A stretch of DNA of 11,291 nucleotides from Caedibacter taeniospiralis (GTDB lineage Bacteria; Pseudomonadota; Gammaproteobacteria; Francisellales; Francisellaceae), in NCBI RefSeq assembly GCF_002803295.2, contig NZ_PGGB02000018.1:30361-41651 (forward strand), in the 5' to 3' direction. The notes below the pieces were generated by a model. That model saw only the letters and a list, made by a program, of their open reading frames with translations. It was not told the DNA's origin and ran no database searches. Position numbers and translations under genes: made by a program. Of the stretch, positions 7,892 through 11,291 are shown one piece after another; the stretch's first letter is position 1; each line of letters opens with the position of its first letter.

Positions 7892-8197
7892 ATGATTAAA
7901 GTCTTAATTTATGCTTTATTGAGTTTTCAATTATTGGGTTGCTCTATGTTTGGGGTCAAACCAGTAGTCATTAATACCGAGATTGAAACGGTCATATTGC
8001 AAAATATCAGCATCGTTGATTTATGCGATATTTCCACTCAAAACGTTCTTTACGTTGATAAAGATTACAATATTACCATGAGTAACTTACTACTGTATAT
8101 TAATGATATTAATGAGTCGTTGGCAAAGTCACAACTCTGTTTACAAGGCATTTCTGACTATAACTATAGTGTTTTGAAACAAATAAAGCAGAAATAA
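7892..8197 (+). CDS. putative lipoprotein, 101 aa
   Basis: MIKVLIYALLSFQLLGCS signal/lipobox; starts 8 nt after the preceding stop. Confidence 0.6.
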   Translation: MIKVLIYALLSFQLLGCSMFGVKPVVINTEIETVILQNISIVDLCDISTQNVLYVDKDYNITMSNLLLYINDINESLAKSQLCLQGISDYNYSVLKQIKQK

Positions 8198-8247
8198 CCA
8201 AGACAACAAAGACCATAAAAAACACACAAAAAGGAATCATCCATCAA

Positions 8248-8358
8248 ATGCCAGTCGTTCAATTTATCTGCCCGCATTGTAAACATCGGTTTATGCAAGA
8301 GCTTCGCTTAAATGTCCATTGTCCAAAGTGTCTAAAAAGCATGTTTGAACAATGTTGA
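8248..8358 (+). CDS. small zinc-ribbon protein, 36 aa (Com-like)
   Basis: MPVVQFICPHCKHRFMQELRLNVHCPKCLKSMFEQC*; CxxC-x13-CxxC; RBS aaaaagga upstream. Not in the supplied ORF list. Confidence 0.6.
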   Translation: MPVVQFICPHCKHRFMQELRLNVHCPKCLKSMFEQC

Positions 8359-8359
8359 T

Positions 8360-9124
8360 TTAACTCAACGATGATCCATATCTTATAACGAACGGCGTTT
8401 GATTTGTTGTTTCAGCATTAATGCCACTTCTTGGGTCAGTTAACCTGTACTCTTCTGGTTTTATATAATTGTAGATAGGAATATCAATTCCGTCCGGATT
8501 TTTTTTGAATTTACCATCACGGCTAATCTCACCTTTAAATCCATCCTTGAACTCTGGTTTAATAACAACTCTATGCTCATATCTCTCATTTCTCCAAGTT
8601 TCAGTTGCTCGTCCTTTTCCATAACCATAAGATGCATTAATAAAGTCGTCTGTCAAAAGCAGGTTTTTGATTACAGGCGATAATGGTGATGCCAACACAC
8701 ATAGCTCTACGGCTGTTGCACAATTATGATATCTTCCATCATAATTGCCTAACTGTTTTAAAAATTCAGGTGATTGAGATGTGTTAAATACGTACCTATA
8801 AACAACTTGGCCAGGATCAAAAATCCATGATATTACTTCAGCTCCATTAAAGTCATGTTCTTCTTCAAATGCAGGATTGAGATGTCTTCCCCTTGCTGTC
8901 CCTTCAAATATCTTGAACACATTATTTAGACAATAAGCCATAGCAAAAAACTGGTGTTTTGCATCAAATATGCCAGGAATCCTGAAGAAGCCTAGAAAAC
9001 CACAATTGATATGCACAGGTCTTGATACTATAACAAAATAAATACCATCTCTCATAATATATTTTCTCTTACCATTTATTGACCATTCCATTAGGAAAGC
9101 ATCCAACAATAATTTTATCTTCTT
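8360..9124 (-). CDS. hypothetical protein (5' end uncertain; ORF 8360-9163, probable start internal)
   Basis: Long ORF; the N-terminal ~30 aa overlap the 9069-9407 ORF so the real start is likely downstream (e.g. MEWSINGK or MRDGIYF). Confidence 0.5.
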   Translation of the reverse strand, partial: KKIKLLLDAFLMEWSINGKRKYIMRDGIYFVIVSRPVHINCGFLGFFRIPGIFDAKHQFFAMAYCLNNVFKIFEGTARGRHLNPAFEEEHDFNGAEVISWIFDPGQVVYRYVFNTSQSPEFLKQLGNYDGRYHNCATAVELCVLASPLSPVIKNLLLTDDFINASYGYGKGRATETWRNERYEHRVVIKPEFKDGFKGEISRDGKFKKNPDGIDIPIYNYIKPEEYRLTDPRSGINAETTNQTPFVIRYGSSLS

Positions 9125-9407
9125 TATTTGAATGAACTTCAAATAAATGACTTCTTCCAACATTCACTATGGAACTATAATTATTAATAGGGTTATTGAA
9201 TGAAGCATAACAAGCTTCAATAAAACTATTTTTTTCATAATCATTCATTTGTTCATATCTATTTTTTATTGTTTCAACAACTCTAATATTCTGTGCTAGA
9301 TTAATTATTTTTAAATTTGGTTCAGGTGGAATGCCATATTGACATTGTCCTCCAAAAGCATTCTGTAATGCGATAATGGCCAACAATCCAATCAATAATT
9401 TTCTCAT
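9069..9407 (-). CDS. small secreted/periplasmic protein, 112 aa
   Basis: MRKLLIGLLAIIALQNAFGG signal peptide; RBS aggaag upstream on the minus strand. Confidence 0.6.
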   Translation of the reverse strand: MRKLLIGLLAIIALQNAFGGQCQYGIPPEPNLKIINLAQNIRVVETIKNRYEQMNDYEKNSFIEACYASFNNPINNYSSIVNVGRSHLFEVHSNKEDKIIVGCFPNGMVNKW

Positions 9408-9435
9408 TTTCAGCTTCCTTTTTTGTTTGTTATGA

Positions 9436-10194
9436 TTAACTCTTTTGAGTACACGAGGAACAGGGCGCTAAAACGTTCAACGCTTGTGCTTCGATCTCTT
9501 TGTTTTTAAAGTCAGGTTTATAAAATGGTGCATCATCGTCAGGCTGTGTTGTGGTCACGGCGGCGGTTTTGCTAATGTCGGTGTTATCTTGAATAAGTCT
9601 TGCTAAACCTGGATCAAAAACACCTGCTTTAGTATGGCCATACATACCAACATGATGATCGTCAACACAAATAAACAATAATGAATCGCCCTTGTTAATA
9701 TCTTGAATATTACTTTTGGTTAAATTGCGTTTGATGATATTTAACCATGAATGATTACTTTGTAAAGGGATTTTTAACGTACTCAAAGCAGTGTTGTATT
9801 TTTGTTCAATGGATTGATACTGTTCAATTTTCTGATCTGTTGAAAGTTCTTCGTTATCATCGACTTCTTTTTCTTCAGCTTCTTTTTCTGCTAAAACTTG
9901 ACGCACTTCATCAAGGTTAGTTTTTTCTTCTTCGCTGTAAAATGGATGGGCTGTAATATTGCTGATATTATCCATCTTATATTTTTTGATCAAACCTTCA
10001 ATGATTGATTTAGATGTTTCACAAAATATAAAAATATCATTGTGCTTTTTGCTTTGATTTGATTGAAGGTGTTGTAAAACCTGCTCTAAGGCAGGTGAGG
10101 AGTCTTTATTGTTGTCATTTTGATCTTCTCCAACAACAAAGCTGAAGATGCCTTTTTCGATGAAATTATTCAGTGATGGTTTAGTAAATGGCAT
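9436..10194 (-). CDS. hypothetical acidic protein, 252 aa
   Basis: Long ORF, same strand and directly upstream of the 9407 gene; coiled-coil-like centre; segment KGDSLLFICVDDHHVGMYGHTKAGVFDPG. Confidence 0.65.
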   Translation of the reverse strand: MPFTKPSLNNFIEKGIFSFVVGEDQNDNNKDSSPALEQVLQHLQSNQSKKHNDIFIFCETSKSIIEGLIKKYKMDNISNITAHPFYSEEEKTNLDEVRQVLAEKEAEEKEVDDNEELSTDQKIEQYQSIEQKYNTALSTLKIPLQSNHSWLNIIKRNLTKSNIQDINKGDSLLFICVDDHHVGMYGHTKAGVFDPGLARLIQDNTDISKTAAVTTTQPDDDAPFYKPDFKNKEIEAQALNVLAPCSSCTQKS

Positions 10195-10389
10195 GTTTTT
10201 TTTCTTAATTAATTAGCTTGTAAATTATAATTATATATATTTTTATATTAATGTTAAATGCTTTTTTTGTATGAATATATAAGATTTATCATGATACCAG
10301 AGACACCCTTTGCATTAAAAAGGTTTAAGTATATTTTTGGAAAACACTAAACAGGTTGTTGCAGTTCAACGATGAAAAGGCTTAGATGA

Positions 10390-10656
10390 ATGAAATATCA
10401 TGAACCTAAAACAAAATCAGGCAAACCACTCTTAGGTGTCACTATTAATTATAATCCTCATAATGCACATAGCTTTCGATGGTTTATCAATGGTGAAGCA
10501 GCGGGTGTTGATAAAGTAGCATCCTTGTTAGAATACCCGCACAAAGTAGCTCTCCAAAGAGCTATCAAAGATTATGGTATTAGTCTTGTTATGAGTAAGG
10601 GACTCGACAGCTGTAAGGCAATGAAAAAAGTAGTTAATTCTAAAACTCATGATTGA
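10390..10656 (+). CDS. hypothetical small basic protein, 88 aa
   Basis: ORF track; convergent to the 10703-10990 ORF; coding-like composition. Confidence 0.5.
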   Translation: MKYHEPKTKSGKPLLGVTINYNPHNAHSFRWFINGEAAGVDKVASLLEYPHKVALQRAIKDYGISLVMSKGLDSCKAMKKVVNSKTHD

Positions 10657-10702
10657 GTTTTATGAATCAAATTTCAAGCAGGAGTAACTCTTGCATAAAG
10701 AT

Positions 10703-10990
10703 TTAATTATTTTTGGGCATTAAGGCTTGCTGAGTTTGCAGAATCGATTGAGTTTCTTGTTGATATTGACTGAGATTTTTCTCAGGTTTAATTAAGTCCT
10801 TAGGATTCAAGATATTATCTTTTGGCGTGGCAAGACTTAAAAAGCTTTTATACAAACGCTCAAAATCTTGCATTTCTTTTGTAATTTCTTGATTTGCTTT
10901 TTCGACAGCTTGTTTTTTTGCAAGAATACATTGAGCCATATTTTGCAAGCTCGTTGCCATGGCAGTTTGAAGTTTGTCTAGATCAGCCAT
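10703..10990 (-). CDS. hypothetical small all-helical protein, 95 aa
   Basis: ORF track; starts 9 nt downstream of the preceding minus-strand stop (apparent operon). Confidence 0.6.
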   Translation of the reverse strand: MADLDKLQTAMATSLQNMAQCILAKKQAVEKANQEITKEMQDFERLYKSFLSLATPKDNILNPKDLIKPEKNLSQYQQETQSILQTQQALMPKNN

Positions 10991-10999
10991 TTCACTGAC

Positions 11000-11291
11000 T
11001 TAGCCTCGTGGAAAGTTTTTCACTAAGTTTTGTGTCATCTCATTAAATTTACTGAGATTAGCCACTTCAGCATCTCGATTACTGCTAATGGATTTCATGA
11101 TTCCTTCCCATATTTTAATTTGAGGTTCGTTGTCGATTGCGGCAGCTTCAGCCATTTTTTGCATAGCAAGTGCTAGCACCGTATTTGATGTTGTTTCAAA
11201 GCCAGAATGCATAGCCAGTTCATTTTGCACAGCGCTAGCGGCAGCCATTGAAACAATATCATAAGCACCTTGAGAGGCGACATTATTTTTA
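11000..11291 (-). CDS. hypothetical Ala/Met-rich helical protein, 5' end outside the window
   Basis: Frame stays open past the track's ATG (11248) to the window edge: KNNVASQGAYDIVS-MAAASAVQNELAMHSGFETTSNTVLALAMQKMAEAAAI... Confidence 0.6.
   Translation of the reverse strand, partial: KNNVASQGAYDIVSMAAASAVQNELAMHSGFETTSNTVLALAMQKMAEAAAIDNEPQIKIWEGIMKSISSNRDAEVANLSKFNEMTQNLVKNFPRG

Noticed and set aside
10291-10350. 19-codon ORF MIPETPFALKRFKYIFGKH*
   Set aside because: No recognisable RBS and no supporting motif; too short to support.
1-11291. CRISPR array, tRNA or rRNA genes
   Set aside because: No regularly spaced direct repeats, tRNA cloverleaf signatures or rRNA segments were recognised on visual scan.

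Overview
AT-rich, phage/plasmid-like accessory DNA that has been heavily remodelled. From left to right it contains: (i) a compact run of small overlapping hypothetical genes (1-972); (ii) an unusual GC-rich patch (~1040-1400) followed by a T16 tract; (iii) a group II intron with a canonical domain V and an endonuclease-less RT/maturase (ORF 1779-3116); (iv) a RecE-like (DUF3799/PDDEXK) exonuclease and RecT-like annealase pair (3256-4732); (v) a short ORF with an in-frame stop, followed by an IS256-family element with 14-bp perfect terminal repeats (~5063-6460); (vi) a 5'-truncated second RecE-like nuclease (to 6979), probably lost by IS-linked rearrangement; (vii) a cluster of small envelope-type proteins (lipoprotein, TM/coiled coil, lipoprotein) plus a 36-aa zinc-ribbon ORF missing from the supplied track; (viii) a minus-strand pair/triplet of hypothetical proteins, two with weak papain-like/NlpC-like motif resemblances; (ix) small helical proteins running off the right edge. 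No tRNA, rRNA or CRISPR array was seen. The most novel material is 7069-11291. Its functional assignments are tentative because no database search was possible.
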